Source of the DNA: Candidatus Latescibacterota bacterium
GTDB lineage: Bacteria; Latescibacterota; UBA2968; UBA8231
Assembly (NCBI GenBank): GCA_965261395.1
Contig: OZ253462.1
Coordinates: 6,048,001 to 6,112,000, forward strand
Reading direction: 5' to 3'
Length of the DNA stretch: 64,000 nucleotides
Both the position numbers and the translations under genes were made by a program. The notes beneath the pieces were generated by a model. That model did no database searches. It was not told where the DNA came from and saw only the letters and a list, made by a program, of their open reading frames with translations. This document shows, piece after piece, positions 1 through 12,038 of this stretch; positions within the stretch are counted from its first letter, which is position 1, and every line of letters begins with the position of its first letter.

Positions 1-1224
1 TCCCACGGAAAAGCCGGCGTCGGCATATAGCCCGTCGGCTGCAATTAGGTCGAGATGCTTGCGTCGTTCGTCGTCGTTGTCGAAGACTTGGGGCCTGACA
101 TGCCAGACCAACAGACCGGAGGCGGGCTCGCCTCGGTGGTAGTAGTAGTCTTCCCGACCGCGGTATTCTAGCAGCAAATATTCCGTCCATAGGGTGTTAT
201 TATTCGGCGTCTCGGCGCGCAGCGGGATCTTGTATATCGCGCCGCCGGAATACAAATCGCGCACCCGTAGATCCCAACTATCGCGCTCGACCAAGATCAG
301 CCGTTCGTTTTCCGCGCCGATCCAACCCAATTGCTCTAGACTGCGGGCGCTGAAGGCCACCGGACCGCTAGCGCCGTCCCAGCCGTGTGCCCCCCAGCCC
401 ATTAACCCCCAGCGGCCAATGCCGGCGCTGTCTTCGGCCGGATCTTGGGCGGGGTCTTTGAAAAAGGAGGTGTCAAAAAAATCGGGCAGTCCTAGGCTGT
501 GCCCGAACTCATGGGCCATCACCCCCACGGTCTGGGCGAAATTGCCCGTCTCCTGAATCGCTCCTTGCGCCGGTAAGCCGCTGACGCGGATGGGGCTGCC
601 GTCACTGCCAATCGCCCGGGATACAAAGGGTTTTTCGTCCAAGCCCAAGCTCGCCAACCCCGTTGCCGAGCTAAACAAAAAGCCATTGGGCACCGACTGC
701 ATGTTGATGAAGATATAATCAACCCAGCCGTCGTCATCGCCGGAGTTGGGTACGCCGTCGGGGCCGTCGTTGTCAAAGCGCGCTAAGTCAACGTAGGCAT
801 CGACTTGGGCGAGGATCTCGCGCGCGAAATCTCCGTAGCGACCGCGATGGCTCGGGGCATCGGCCAAATAGGCGGATGCCGGTTGTGAGGCGGCGAAGCG
901 TCGCGGCAGAACCTCGCCGGCGATTGCGAGTTGACCGAAGGACATCGAGTGATAGAAATGGGCAAAGCTCCCCTCGCGCTCGGCGGCGAAGAGCTGGTCG
1001 GCCCACTCGGGCACCGGCGTGGGTTCTTCGTCGGCGAAGCGAGCGAAGACCGTCAGGATGTAAACTGGTTCCCTAGCGGGCAGTACGGACAGCCGCACAT
1101 CGGCGGCGATTTTGGCGGCGGGGAGCGGCTCGTCCGGCGCGTGTCCGGCACAGAGAAATGCCTGAGCTCTGAGAGTAGAGACCGCGCAGACGGTAATGCA
1201 GCAAGCAATCAGCAAATGTCTCAA
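1..1224 (-). CDS. M6 family (immune inhibitor A-like) secreted metalloprotease, 3'-truncated by the window edge
   Basis: Not in the ORF track because it has no stop in the window. Manual translation from TTG at 1224 gives signal-like MRHLLIACCITVCAVSTLRAQA, then FDNDGPDGVPNSGDDDGWVDY and the zinc motif VMAHEFGHSLGLPD (about 480-525). Confidence 0.85.
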   Translation of the reverse strand, partial: MRHLLIACCITVCAVSTLRAQAFLCAGHAPDEPLPAAKIAADVRLSVLPAREPVYILTVFARFADEEPTPVPEWADQLFAAEREGSFAHFYHSMSFGQLAIAGEVLPRRFAASQPASAYLADAPSHRGRYGDFAREILAQVDAYVDLARFDNDGPDGVPNSGDDDGWVDYIFINMQSVPNGFLFSSATGLASLGLDEKPFVSRAIGSDGSPIRVSGLPAQGAIQETGNFAQTVGVMAHEFGHSLGLPDFFDTSFFKDPAQDPAEDSAGIGRWGLMGWGAHGWDGASGPVAFSARSLEQLGWIGAENERLILVERDSWDLRVRDLYSGGAIYKIPLRAETPNNNTLWTEYLLLEYRGREDYYYHRGEPASGLLVWHVRPQVFDNDDERRKHLDLIAADGLYADAGFSVG

Positions 1225-1279
1225 GCTAGGTCTCGCTAGTCTTTTGATCTATTTGGCCCGCTAGGAGAGGCGTAGCCTC

Positions 1280-2062
1280 TTATGGCACTCGCATCACTCC
1301 CGCAGGTAGCCCTTGTTGCAATTGGCTGGCGGCCAACCCGCTGTTGAAGGCATAGCGTTTGTAAACCAACACCAGCGAGACATCGGCTTGGCGTATTTCC
1401 ACCCGGCGTGGCAAGTAAAGCGCGTCCTGCCGGCGGTATTCTCCTAGCTCGCGGAGCAGGACATCGCCCTCGGGCAGCGGGATGCTCTCGCGCAACACCA
1501 AGCCGCGGCCTAGGTCCAGCCACGCCCGCCGCCCGCCTGTGAGCGCAACCACTGCTTGGTCGGTGCCCGGGTACTCGATCGGCTCGACTATGGAACCCGG
1601 CTCGACGAGGCCGAGCAAGGCGTAGCGCAGATCGCATGTCCCGAAATCCAGCCCGGTCAGCGTGGTCAGCAGCCGGCCGCGCACCGTTCCTTTTAGGGGC
1701 TGGTCCATGCCCCGGCCGTACACGGTCAGGCTGTCGCCTTCGAGCAGGGCCGTAAAAATGTGGGTGAAAAAGGGGCCGCGCACTTCGACGCGGAAGAGGT
1801 CTGGATTGATTAGCTGCACGAGAGCCGTACCCCGATCGCGCAGCGCGCCGCGCCGCAGCTCAATGGCCGCTTCCGCCGTCAGATCTTCGAACTGGGCGAG
1901 GGACGCCGAGGCGGCGAGTAAGGCGGCCGGCCCTTGGGCCGCATCCCAACCCTCGCGCACCACCGGCGGCGGCGCGCAAGCTAGCGCTAGGGCGCAGAGC
2001 GCGAACCACTTAGAAGCTGTCTGGAAATTCCGGGTGCGCCCCAAGCGCGAGGCATGAATCAT
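1280..2062 (-). CDS. LolB/DUF4292-like lipoprotein
   Basis: Lipobox LALAC and beta-rich LolA/LolB-like pattern. ATG at 2062 overlaps the upstream TGA (ATGA coupling). Confidence 0.6.
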   Translation of the reverse strand: MIHASRLGRTRNFQTASKWFALCALALACAPPPVVREGWDAAQGPAALLAASASLAQFEDLTAEAAIELRRGALRDRGTALVQLINPDLFRVEVRGPFFTHIFTALLEGDSLTVYGRGMDQPLKGTVRGRLLTTLTGLDFGTCDLRYALLGLVEPGSIVEPIEYPGTDQAVVALTGGRRAWLDLGRGLVLRESIPLPEGDVLLRELGEYRRQDALYLPRRVEIRQADVSLVLVYKRYAFNSGLAASQLQQGLPAGVMRVP

Positions 2063-3936
2063 GGCAGCAGCTTGCGCCGGACCTCTTCTTTGTCGGGCGC
2101 GAGTTCCAGCACCTTCTGCCAATGCGCGCGCGCTTCGTCCGTTTTCCCGAGGGCGCTGGCAATGTCGCCGGCGTGGTCGAAGATTACGGCCAGTTCTTCG
2201 GGATCGTCCTCGTCCATATGCTCCAAGGCTTGTTGCAGGTAGTCCTCGGCCTGCGCTAGCTCCCCGAGGCGGAAATAGGCCCAGCCGATGCTGTCGAGGA
2301 ACGCGCTGTTGTCCGGCACGAGCGCGATCGCCTGCTCCAAGAGCGCGACCGCCTCTGTCAGCCGCACGCCCTTGTCCGCGTACATGTAGCCGAGGTAGTT
2401 GAGGGCGTAGGCATCGTTTGGCTCAATCTCCAACAGGCGTTGGAAGGTCTCTACGGCACGGTCGAAGTACTCGTCACGGCCCAGTTTGCTCGAAGCCTGC
2501 TCATAGCAGGAGCCGAGGTAAAAGAGCACGCGGCTCTTGTCGTTGGCGAGCGCAACGGCCTGTGCCAGCTTCTCAAGCGCCGCTTCCCAGCGCTCCAATT
2601 CCTCTAGCGCGATGCCCCAGTGCAAAAAGGTCGGGCTGTACGCGGAATCGAGCGCAGCCGCTGTTTCGTATTGGGCCAGTGCGTCTTCCCACTGCCCCTG
2701 CCGCCCCAAACTGATGCCCCACCGCACGTGCAATGCGGCTTGGTCCGGGGATACGGCGAGTGCTTGGCGATAGACGCCAATCGCCTCCTCCCAAGCGTCT
2801 TGCTGTTCTAGCGCGAGTCCCCAGTACAGATATAGATCAACCGCGTCGGGCAGGTGCTCAAGGCCGCGCTGGTACACGGCGATGGCCTCGTCGTAGCGCC
2901 CGGTGCTCTCTAGGGCCGTCCCCCAGTATAGGTAAATCTCGCTGCTGTCGGGCATGGCCTCTGCTGCTTGGCCGAGAACGGTGGTGGCGGAGTCGTAATC
3001 CTCCAAGTAGATATAGTAGCGCGCTAGGTCGGTCCACTGCTCGACCGTTTGGGGCTGCATCTCGACGATGCGCTTAAAGACCAGCGTCGCTTGGTCGTAC
3101 TCTCCGGCCTCGGACAGGGCCATTCCCAAGTGGTAGAGCACTTTGGCATCCTCTTCGGCGAGAATTTCCTCTAGGTCGTGCTCGGTGACCATCAGCCGCG
3201 CCAAGTAGTAGGGGACGCTGCTGTCGGGCAGGTGGCCGGCGGCCTCTCGGTAGATGACGATGGCCTCGTGGCGGTACCCATGCGCCAACTTGAGTTCGGC
3301 TAGTCCCAGCCAGGCGTCCTCGATCGTGGGATCAGCCGCGAGCACCCGGCGGTAGATGCGCTCGGCCTCTTCTTGCAGGCCGATGCGAGAAAAAATGCTA
3401 GCTATGTCCACCTCGACCCTTGGCGGCACTTGCTCTTGGGCGAGCACCTCCTTGAAGAGCCGGACGATGCGCTCGGTTTGGCCCGATTCAAAGTAGAGAT
3501 AGGCCAAGTGGCGGTAGAGCGGCCAATTGGCCGACTCGTAACGCAGCAGTTCTTCGATGTGGTCAATGGCACCCTCGCGGTCGCCTTCGTGCTCCAATAT
3601 CCGAATCAACAGGCGGCGCAACCCCACTAGGCTGTCATCCAATGCCAAGCCCTTGCGCGCAAAGTGGGCGGCCATATGGGAGTCGTCGATGCGCTGGTAG
3701 TTGTAGGCAAGGCGGGCGTAGATGGTGGGCGAAGCCGGGTCGAGATCGGCCGCGCTGCGCAGGGCGACTATCGCGCCGAGGTAGTTGTGTTGGGCTTCAA
3801 AGACCTTGGCCTTGATGAAGTATTGCATGGCTGGGACGGTCGGCTCTGCGGACGCGGGCGCGTTGGGGCCCCGCAGACCTGCGCAGCCGACCGCTGACAG
3901 CGCGAGGGCGCAGAGTAGGGGGAGGCTATGTTTCAT
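2059..3936 (-). CDS. Tetratricopeptide-repeat lipoprotein
   Basis: Lipobox SAVGC, many TPR repeats, C-terminal ALNYLGYMYAD and FLDSIGWAYF motifs of envelope TPR proteins. Start taken at MKHSLP (3936). Confidence 0.9.
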   Translation of the reverse strand: MKHSLPLLCALALSAVGCAGLRGPNAPASAEPTVPAMQYFIKAKVFEAQHNYLGAIVALRSAADLDPASPTIYARLAYNYQRIDDSHMAAHFARKGLALDDSLVGLRRLLIRILEHEGDREGAIDHIEELLRYESANWPLYRHLAYLYFESGQTERIVRLFKEVLAQEQVPPRVEVDIASIFSRIGLQEEAERIYRRVLAADPTIEDAWLGLAELKLAHGYRHEAIVIYREAAGHLPDSSVPYYLARLMVTEHDLEEILAEEDAKVLYHLGMALSEAGEYDQATLVFKRIVEMQPQTVEQWTDLARYYIYLEDYDSATTVLGQAAEAMPDSSEIYLYWGTALESTGRYDEAIAVYQRGLEHLPDAVDLYLYWGLALEQQDAWEEAIGVYRQALAVSPDQAALHVRWGISLGRQGQWEDALAQYETAAALDSAYSPTFLHWGIALEELERWEAALEKLAQAVALANDKSRVLFYLGSCYEQASSKLGRDEYFDRAVETFQRLLEIEPNDAYALNYLGYMYADKGVRLTEAVALLEQAIALVPDNSAFLDSIGWAYFRLGELAQAEDYLQQALEHMDEDDPEELAVIFDHAGDIASALGKTDEARAHWQKVLELAPDKEEVRRKLLP

Positions 3937-3952
3937 AATTCTCAACTCCCCA

Positions 3953-4801
3953 TTAGGTGATTTTTGGATCCAAGGCGTCTCTAAGCCCGTCGCCAAAGAG
4001 GTTGAGCGCCAAGACGACCGCGAAGATGGCCAGCCCGGGAAAGGCCATGACCCAAGGCGCTTGCAAGAGCAGTTCGCGTCCCCCGGATAGCATGGCTCCC
4101 CACTCGGGGGTCGGCGGCTGGGCCCCCAAGCCCAAAAAGCTCAACCCGGCCGCATCGAGGATGGCCGTGCCCAAGCTGAGCGTGGCTTGCACGATGAGCG
4201 GGACTGTGCAGTTGGGTAAGATGCTGTAGAACAGCAGCCGCGATTCGCTCGCCCCCAGCGCGCGCGCAGCCTCGACGTATGTGGCCTCGCGCACGGTCAA
4301 CACCGAGGAGCGCATGAGGCGGGCAAATTGCGGCACCAACACGATGCTGACGGCGAGAATGGCGTTGTCGATGCCCGGCCCGGTGACGGCGACGATGGCA
4401 ATGGCCAATAGGATGCTGGGGAACGCCAGCATCAGATCCATCAGCCGCATGATGAGCATGTCGGCGACCCCGCCGCGATACCCAGCCACGAGACCGAGCA
4501 AGGTTCCGGTGGAAGCGGCCAGCGAGATGGCGACCAGCCCGATCCGCAATGAGATGCGGGCCCCGTACACGATGCGGCTGAAGATGTCGCGGCCGAAATC
4601 GTCCGTTCCCAGCCAATGGCTCACCGACGGCGGCTGCAAGCGCGCATAGAGATTTTGCGCCAGTGGATCGTATGGTGCCAACAGCGGTGCCAGCACCGCG
4701 ACGATAGACGCGCCCATCAAGACCCCGCCGCCGATCAGCGCGAGCCGCTGTTTGCCGAGCCGCCGCAGTTCGCTGGTGACGTGTGAAATTATCTCAAGCA
4801 T
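3953..4801 (-). CDS. ABC peptide transporter permease (DppC/OppC family)
   Basis: HWLGTDDFGRDIFSR, EAA loop YVEAARALGAS, and NLFGDGLRDALDP terminus. Confidence 0.92.
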   Translation of the reverse strand: MLEIISHVTSELRRLGKQRLALIGGGVLMGASIVAVLAPLLAPYDPLAQNLYARLQPPSVSHWLGTDDFGRDIFSRIVYGARISLRIGLVAISLAASTGTLLGLVAGYRGGVADMLIMRLMDLMLAFPSILLAIAIVAVTGPGIDNAILAVSIVLVPQFARLMRSSVLTVREATYVEAARALGASESRLLFYSILPNCTVPLIVQATLSLGTAILDAAGLSFLGLGAQPPTPEWGAMLSGGRELLLQAPWVMAFPGLAIFAVVLALNLFGDGLRDALDPKIT

Positions 4802-4863
4802 TGGGGATGGTTCTGGCCAATAGCCCTGATGCACTCCGACTTTGGGCGCGTATTAGCATCGCT

Positions 4864-7047
<2,184 letters not shown>

Positions 7048-7283
7048 GATTACACTCGCTCAGAGTTGAACATCTAAGAGAGAAGATAGGCCAATTTGGA
7101 GGAAAGGTATAGGGCGTCCACAAGGGAGAGGGTTGGCCCACTGCTACCGGAGATTTCAGTGATTGTGGAATGGCGCGGTAGGTAGTTTTGGACGCGCACG
7201 ACGCGAATGCAGATGAGAATGGCTGCACTGCTTTTTAGGAGATAGGTTATATTTTTTTAAAATAACCCGACCTATTTCGACTA

Positions 7284-8615
7284 TTGGACAAAAAAATCGC
7301 CACTAGCGGCTGGGGGCTGTACCCGCTCGTCGCCGCCTCGGTTCAGCACGCGCGCTACCTAAGCGACCTTGGTCGCGCCGCCGCGACCCCGACTTTGCCC
7401 CAGGGCAATTGCCGCTCGTACGGCGACGCCTGCCTATACGAGCGCGTCGTCTCCACCCTGCCCCTCAAGCACCTGCTCGACTTCGATCCGCAGCGCGGTA
7501 TTTTGCGCGCGCAAGCTGGCATTACCTTCGCGGAGATAATCCGCTTCGCCCTGCCGCGTGGCTTTTTTCCGCCGGTTACGCCGGGGACCAAGTTCCCCAC
7601 GCTCGGCGGCTGCATTGCCGCGGATGTCCACGGCAAAAATCACCACGCCGAGGGTTCCATCGCCGCCTTTGTCGAATCGCTGGACATGGTGTTGGCCGAT
7701 GGCTCGCTAGTACGCTGCTCGCGCAGCCAGTGCGCCGACCTGTTTTGGGCCACGCTCGGCGGCATGGGCTTGACGGGATTTATCTATGCGGCGACGCTGC
7801 GGCTGAAAAAGGTGCCGTCGGCGTACATCCGGCAGCGCGCCATCAAGACGGCGAATTGGGCCGAGACGTGCCGCGTCTGCACGGAGACTCAGCATCAGTA
7901 CACCTATTCGGTCGCGTGGATCGATGGCCTGCAAACAGGCCGACAGCTAGGCCGCGGCCGCGTGCTGCTGGGGGAACACGCCGACGCGCGCGAGCTCAAG
8001 GGCAAGCCGCCCTTTCCCATCCACGGCGAGGGCCGCTGGGCGGTGCCGTTCTTCTTGCCCGGTGGCGTGCTCAATTCCAAGTCGCTAAAGGTGTTTAACG
8101 CGCTCTACTATCATCGCCAAGTGCGCCGTGCGACCGACGCACTCGTCCACTACGATCCGTACTTCTATCCGCTCGACGCCATCCGCGGCTGGAACCGCCT
8201 GTACGGCCGCCGGGGCTTTTTGCAATACCAGATCGCCGTGCCCTATGCCGATGGCGCGGAGGTGATCGCCGACCTGCTCGGGCGCATTGCCCGCCAAGGC
8301 GTGGCTTCGCCCTTGGCCGTGCTCAAGACGTTTGGGCCGCCGAGCGAGGGCCTGCTTTCTTTTCCCCTAGCGGGTTATACCCTCGCGCTGGACATCCCCT
8401 TGCGCGACTGTGGGACGATCCCCTTCTTGCGCACACTGAACAAAATCATCGTCGAGGCTCAAGGCCGCGTCTATCTGGCCAAGGACGCCATTTTGGAAAG
8501 GGAGGATTTCGCCGCCATGTATCCGCAACTGGAACAATTCAAGGCGGTCAAGCGCAAATACGACCCCGAGCACCGCTTCCGCTCCTGCCTGTCCGACCGC
8601 TTGGGGATTACGTGA
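7284..8615 (+). CDS. FAD-binding oxidoreductase, DprE1-like (decaprenylphosphoryl-ribose 2'-oxidase family)
   Basis: PVTPGTKFPTLGGCIAADVHGKNHH, GGMGLTG, YSVAWID, GRVYLAKD. Confidence 0.88.
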   Translation: MDKKIATSGWGLYPLVAASVQHARYLSDLGRAAATPTLPQGNCRSYGDACLYERVVSTLPLKHLLDFDPQRGILRAQAGITFAEIIRFALPRGFFPPVTPGTKFPTLGGCIAADVHGKNHHAEGSIAAFVESLDMVLADGSLVRCSRSQCADLFWATLGGMGLTGFIYAATLRLKKVPSAYIRQRAIKTANWAETCRVCTETQHQYTYSVAWIDGLQTGRQLGRGRVLLGEHADARELKGKPPFPIHGEGRWAVPFFLPGGVLNSKSLKVFNALYYHRQVRRATDALVHYDPYFYPLDAIRGWNRLYGRRGFLQYQIAVPYADGAEVIADLLGRIARQGVASPLAVLKTFGPPSEGLLSFPLAGYTLALDIPLRDCGTIPFLRTLNKIIVEAQGRVYLAKDAILEREDFAAMYPQLEQFKAVKRKYDPEHRFRSCLSDRLGIT

Positions 8616-9343
8616 GGGCCTTGGTTTTGGGGGCGAAGTCGGCGATTGCCCAAGCCATTGTCGAGCGCCTCGATGGCTATGACTTCGCGCTGGCCGCTCG
8701 CGAGTGTAGCGAACTGGAGCCTTTTGCCGCGGACTTGCGGCTCAAGCGCTCGTGCGAGGTGGAGCTGTTCGAGTTCGACGCCTTGAACTTTGCGGCGTTG
8801 GCGCGCTTGCCGCAACAGGTGCACGAGCGCGGCGGCCCCTTCGACTTGGTCGTCCTCGCCTTTGGCTATCTCGGCGACGAACGCGCCGCACAGCGCGATA
8901 CGGATGAGCTAGCTCACATCCTCAACGCCAACCTTACCGGCGCGGCCATCGCTCTGGCGCATTTGGCTAATTATTTAGAGGAAAGGGGCACGCCGGCTGG
9001 CATCATCGCCATCTCGTCTGTGGCCGGCGATCGGGGCCGCCAGGGCAACTACGCGTATGGGGCGGCCAAGGGGGGGCTGGCGATTTTCTTGCAAGGGCTG
9101 CGCAACCGGCTGGCCGCGACCTCCGTACACGTCTTGACCGTCAAGCCCGGGTTCGTCGATACGCCGATGACCAAGGGGCTAGAGGGCCTTTTTTTGGTCG
9201 CTTCGCCGGAGAGAGTAGCCGCCGACATCGTGCGCGCCTATCGGCAAAAGAAGGACGTGCTCTACACGCCGTTTTTTTGGCGTTGGATCATGCTCGCGAT
9301 CAAGAGCATTCCCGAGCGCATTTTTAAGAGGCTGAAATTGTGA
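8612..9343 (+). CDS. Short-chain dehydrogenase, DprE2-like
   Basis: GAKSAIA, SSVAGDRGRQGNYAYGAAK (YxxxK), KPGFVDTPMT. GTGA overlap with the DprE1-like gene. Confidence 0.88.
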   Translation: MRALVLGAKSAIAQAIVERLDGYDFALAARECSELEPFAADLRLKRSCEVELFEFDALNFAALARLPQQVHERGGPFDLVVLAFGYLGDERAAQRDTDELAHILNANLTGAAIALAHLANYLEERGTPAGIIAISSVAGDRGRQGNYAYGAAKGGLAIFLQGLRNRLAATSVHVLTVKPGFVDTPMTKGLEGLFLVASPERVAADIVRAYRQKKDVLYTPFFWRWIMLAIKSIPERIFKRLKL

Positions 9344-9401
9344 CGCGCAAAGCCCCCGGCATCGCAAGGATGGCCGCGATGGACACTCCACACGGCATAG
9401 C

Positions 9402-9704
9402 TTAACTGGTCTCGAATGCGTTTATTGCCGCGGCCTGAGATTCATAAATCGGGATGATCTGATCGAAGCCGCTGATTGCGAGCACATTGCGGATCGGATC
9501 AGAGAGGGTGCAAACGCCAAATTTCTTGCCCGATTCGTTGAATTTCCTAGAAATTATTAGACTGATCCGCAGCCCTGCGCTGCTGATGAAGAATACGCGC
9601 TCAAAGTCCAAGATCAAGGCTTGGTCTTCCGAATCAATGCCAGATTCTACGATGCGCTGGAATCTATCGGCGTTGCTACTGTCGATCCTCCCACAAACGC
9701 CCAA
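9402..9704 (-). CDS. STAS domain anti-sigma-factor antagonist, possibly N-truncated
   Basis: GRIDSSNA, LILDFERVFFISSAGLR (phospho-Ser motif), ISGFDQII. Only a TTG start is available, with an in-frame TAG shortly upstream. Confidence 0.75.
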   Translation of the reverse strand: MGVCGRIDSSNADRFQRIVESGIDSEDQALILDFERVFFISSAGLRISLIISRKFNESGKKFGVCTLSDPIRNVLAISGFDQIIPIYESQAAAINAFETS

Positions 9705-9815
9705 GGCCCCAAGCCCTGGAAATGCGGTTTGCTAGAACAAAAAGTTCCCGAATTGCCATAGGGGTTCTATATATATAACAATTGGGTAGCACGCTACCAT
9801 CGGATAAAAAATAAA

Positions 9816-10784
9816 TTGGCTTCAGAATATCGCCTGAAACAGGGTGAGAGCGTACCTGAAGGGGTGCGGCGGATGGCCGCTGCACAGCTCGATAAGGCCC
9901 TTGAGCATCTCGGGTGCCCGGACGGGAAACGAGACGAGCACATTCACGAGGCCCGCAAGGCCACCAAGCGCCTGCGGGCCTTGGTGCGCTTGGTCCGCGG
10001 CGAACTGGGAGACGAGGTGTACGCCTTGGAAAACCAGTGCTATCGGGACGCCGGTCAGCGGCTTTCGGGGTTGCGCGACGCCACGGTGCTGGTCGAGACT
10101 TTGGACCGCTTGGTGGAATACTTGGGCCAAGACGCGCCGAAGAGCCGGTTCGCCCGAGTGCGGGTGTGGCTGGTGGAGCGCCGCGATCGGGCCTATGGCC
10201 AGGCGGCTAGCAGCAATCGGGCCGTTCAGGAAGTGATCGCCGCTCTCGCGCCGGCCCGCGAGCGCTTGGAAAATTGGAATCTGCAGCGCCGGAGCTGGGG
10301 AGGGATCCGGGTGGGGGTGCAGCGGATATACGCGCGGGGCCAGCGCGACTTTGCCGCAGCCTACACGCTGCCCATCGACGAGGCATTCCACGACTGGCGC
10401 AAACAGGTGAAGTACCTGTGGTACCACACTCAGATATTGGAGAATATCTGGCCGTCGGTTATGCAGGCCCAGGCTGAGGGACTGGACCAGCTAGGGGAGT
10501 TGCTAGGCCAAGATCACGATCTAGCGGTATTGCGCACCACGGTTATGGCCGAGTTTCCCAGGGCTGGCACCACGGCCACACTGCGGGCTTTGGAAAGGCG
10601 GATCGACGCGGTGCGTGCCCGGATGCAGGAGCGGGCGCGTCTGCTCGCGGAGCGCATCTACATGGAACGGCCGCAGGAGTTCACCCGGCGTCTGCGGGGC
10701 TACTGGCGGGTGTGGCAAGCGGAGCAATCTGCTGGGTACGAGTTGAAGTTTGGCGCACCTGACTCGTCAGACATAGAAGGATAG
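9816..10784 (+). CDS. CHAD domain protein (polyphosphate-binding family)
   Basis: IHEARKATKRLRA, LRDATVL, FHDWRKQVKYLWY, LGQDHDLAVL. Confidence 0.9.
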   Translation: MASEYRLKQGESVPEGVRRMAAAQLDKALEHLGCPDGKRDEHIHEARKATKRLRALVRLVRGELGDEVYALENQCYRDAGQRLSGLRDATVLVETLDRLVEYLGQDAPKSRFARVRVWLVERRDRAYGQAASSNRAVQEVIAALAPARERLENWNLQRRSWGGIRVGVQRIYARGQRDFAAAYTLPIDEAFHDWRKQVKYLWYHTQILENIWPSVMQAQAEGLDQLGELLGQDHDLAVLRTTVMAEFPRAGTTATLRALERRIDAVRARMQERARLLAERIYMERPQEFTRRLRGYWRVWQAEQSAGYELKFGAPDSSDIEG

Positions 10785-10820
10785 ACACTACTAGCCATTC
10801 GGCGAAAAGGAGATATAACC

Positions 10821-12038
10821 ATGATTCATACGACTATGTGGACCTATCCCTGGGATGTGATTGACGAGGGGGTGGACCGCGTCATCGGCTTTCTCAAGGA
10901 GGAGGTCGGGCTGGATGCGATCAGCCTGTCCACGGTCTATCACACCTACGATGCGCTGCGCACCCATATACCCGGCAAAAAGCTCTTTTCTGGGTACGAG
11001 GACGCCATCTACTTCCAGCCCCAAAGCGAGCTGTACCAGGGCACCAAGATCAAGCCGCATGTGCATCCTATGGCCAAGGACCAGGATCCAGTGCGGATTA
11101 TCGCCGAGGCCTGCCGGGCACGCGGTTTGGAATTGATTTCGTGGACCGTGCCCCTGCACAGCCACTACATGGCGAGGCAGCATCCAGACTGCGCTCTGCT
11201 CGGTGTGTTCGGGGATCGCTATCCGGGCTGTCTGTGCCCGGCCAATCCCGAGGTGCGAGAGTACGTACGCGGCTTGAGCTTGGACTTGGCCACCAACTAC
11301 GATGTGCAGATGATTGAGTACGAGTCCCTCCACTACATGGGCTTTGGCATGTTCCGTAACCACGCCAAGGTGGGGGTCAAACTCGGAGCGGTAGGCTCGC
11401 TGTTGATGTCGCTGTGCTTTTGCGCTGGATGTACGCAGCGAGCCGAGGCTCGGGGTATGGATGTGGGGGAATTGAAGGGCAAGGTGGGAAAATGGCTCTT
11501 GGACATCTTCGAGGAGGGGCCACCGGAGCGCAGCGTGGAAGAGTTTGTCGCCGACGAGCCCTTGGTTCACGAATACGTAAAGATGCGCGCGGATACAGTG
11601 ACGTCGCTGGCCGCAGAGGTAAAAGAGGCCGTAAAAATGCCCATTTCTTTTTTGTACATGGGCAATTATTACAACAACGGCATCGACCGCAAACCCATCG
11701 AACAGATCGTCGATCGGGTCAACGTCCTGTGCTACAGCGGCTCGCCGGAGGAGGCCAGCCAAAGGGCGCAGGAGACCTTAGCCGGCATGGATGATCCGTC
11801 CATGCTGATCTGCGGCCTGAACGGCCACCAACCCATAGACAGCGCCGAACAAATGCGAGATATCATCGCTGCGGTTTACGAAACAGGGGCGCGCCGGTTC
11901 TCGTATTACAACTACGGTATGATTTCCCGGCGCAATCTCAGGTGGATTGCCGAGGCCATTGCCGAGGTGCGCGCCCTCGACGCTGGCTCGGAGGAAGAAT
12001 CCCCTCAAAGCAAGAAAAGGAAGTCACGCGATGGGTGA
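10821..12038 (+). CDS. Uncharacterised TIM-barrel, glycoside-hydrolase-like protein
   Basis: RBS AAGGAG. Motifs WTYPWD, LCPANPEVREY, CFCxxC and YYNYG. Confidence 0.6.
   Translation: MIHTTMWTYPWDVIDEGVDRVIGFLKEEVGLDAISLSTVYHTYDALRTHIPGKKLFSGYEDAIYFQPQSELYQGTKIKPHVHPMAKDQDPVRIIAEACRARGLELISWTVPLHSHYMARQHPDCALLGVFGDRYPGCLCPANPEVREYVRGLSLDLATNYDVQMIEYESLHYMGFGMFRNHAKVGVKLGAVGSLLMSLCFCAGCTQRAEARGMDVGELKGKVGKWLLDIFEEGPPERSVEEFVADEPLVHEYVKMRADTVTSLAAEVKEAVKMPISFLYMGNYYNNGIDRKPIEQIVDRVNVLCYSGSPEEASQRAQETLAGMDDPSMLICGLNGHQPIDSAEQMRDIIAAVYETGARRFSYYNYGMISRRNLRWIAEAIAEVRALDAGSEEESPQSKKRKSRDG

Noticed and set aside
7243-7275. AT-rich imperfect inverted repeat (GGTTAT...ATAACC) before the DprE1-like gene
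   Set aside because: Too short and unassignable; probably ordinary promoter sequence.
10791-11762. 323-aa antisense ORF, and similar long shadow ORFs such as 6214-6960, 25620-26423 and 60791-61669
   Set aside because: They lie opposite well-supported genes, have no motifs, and are expected in high-GC DNA.
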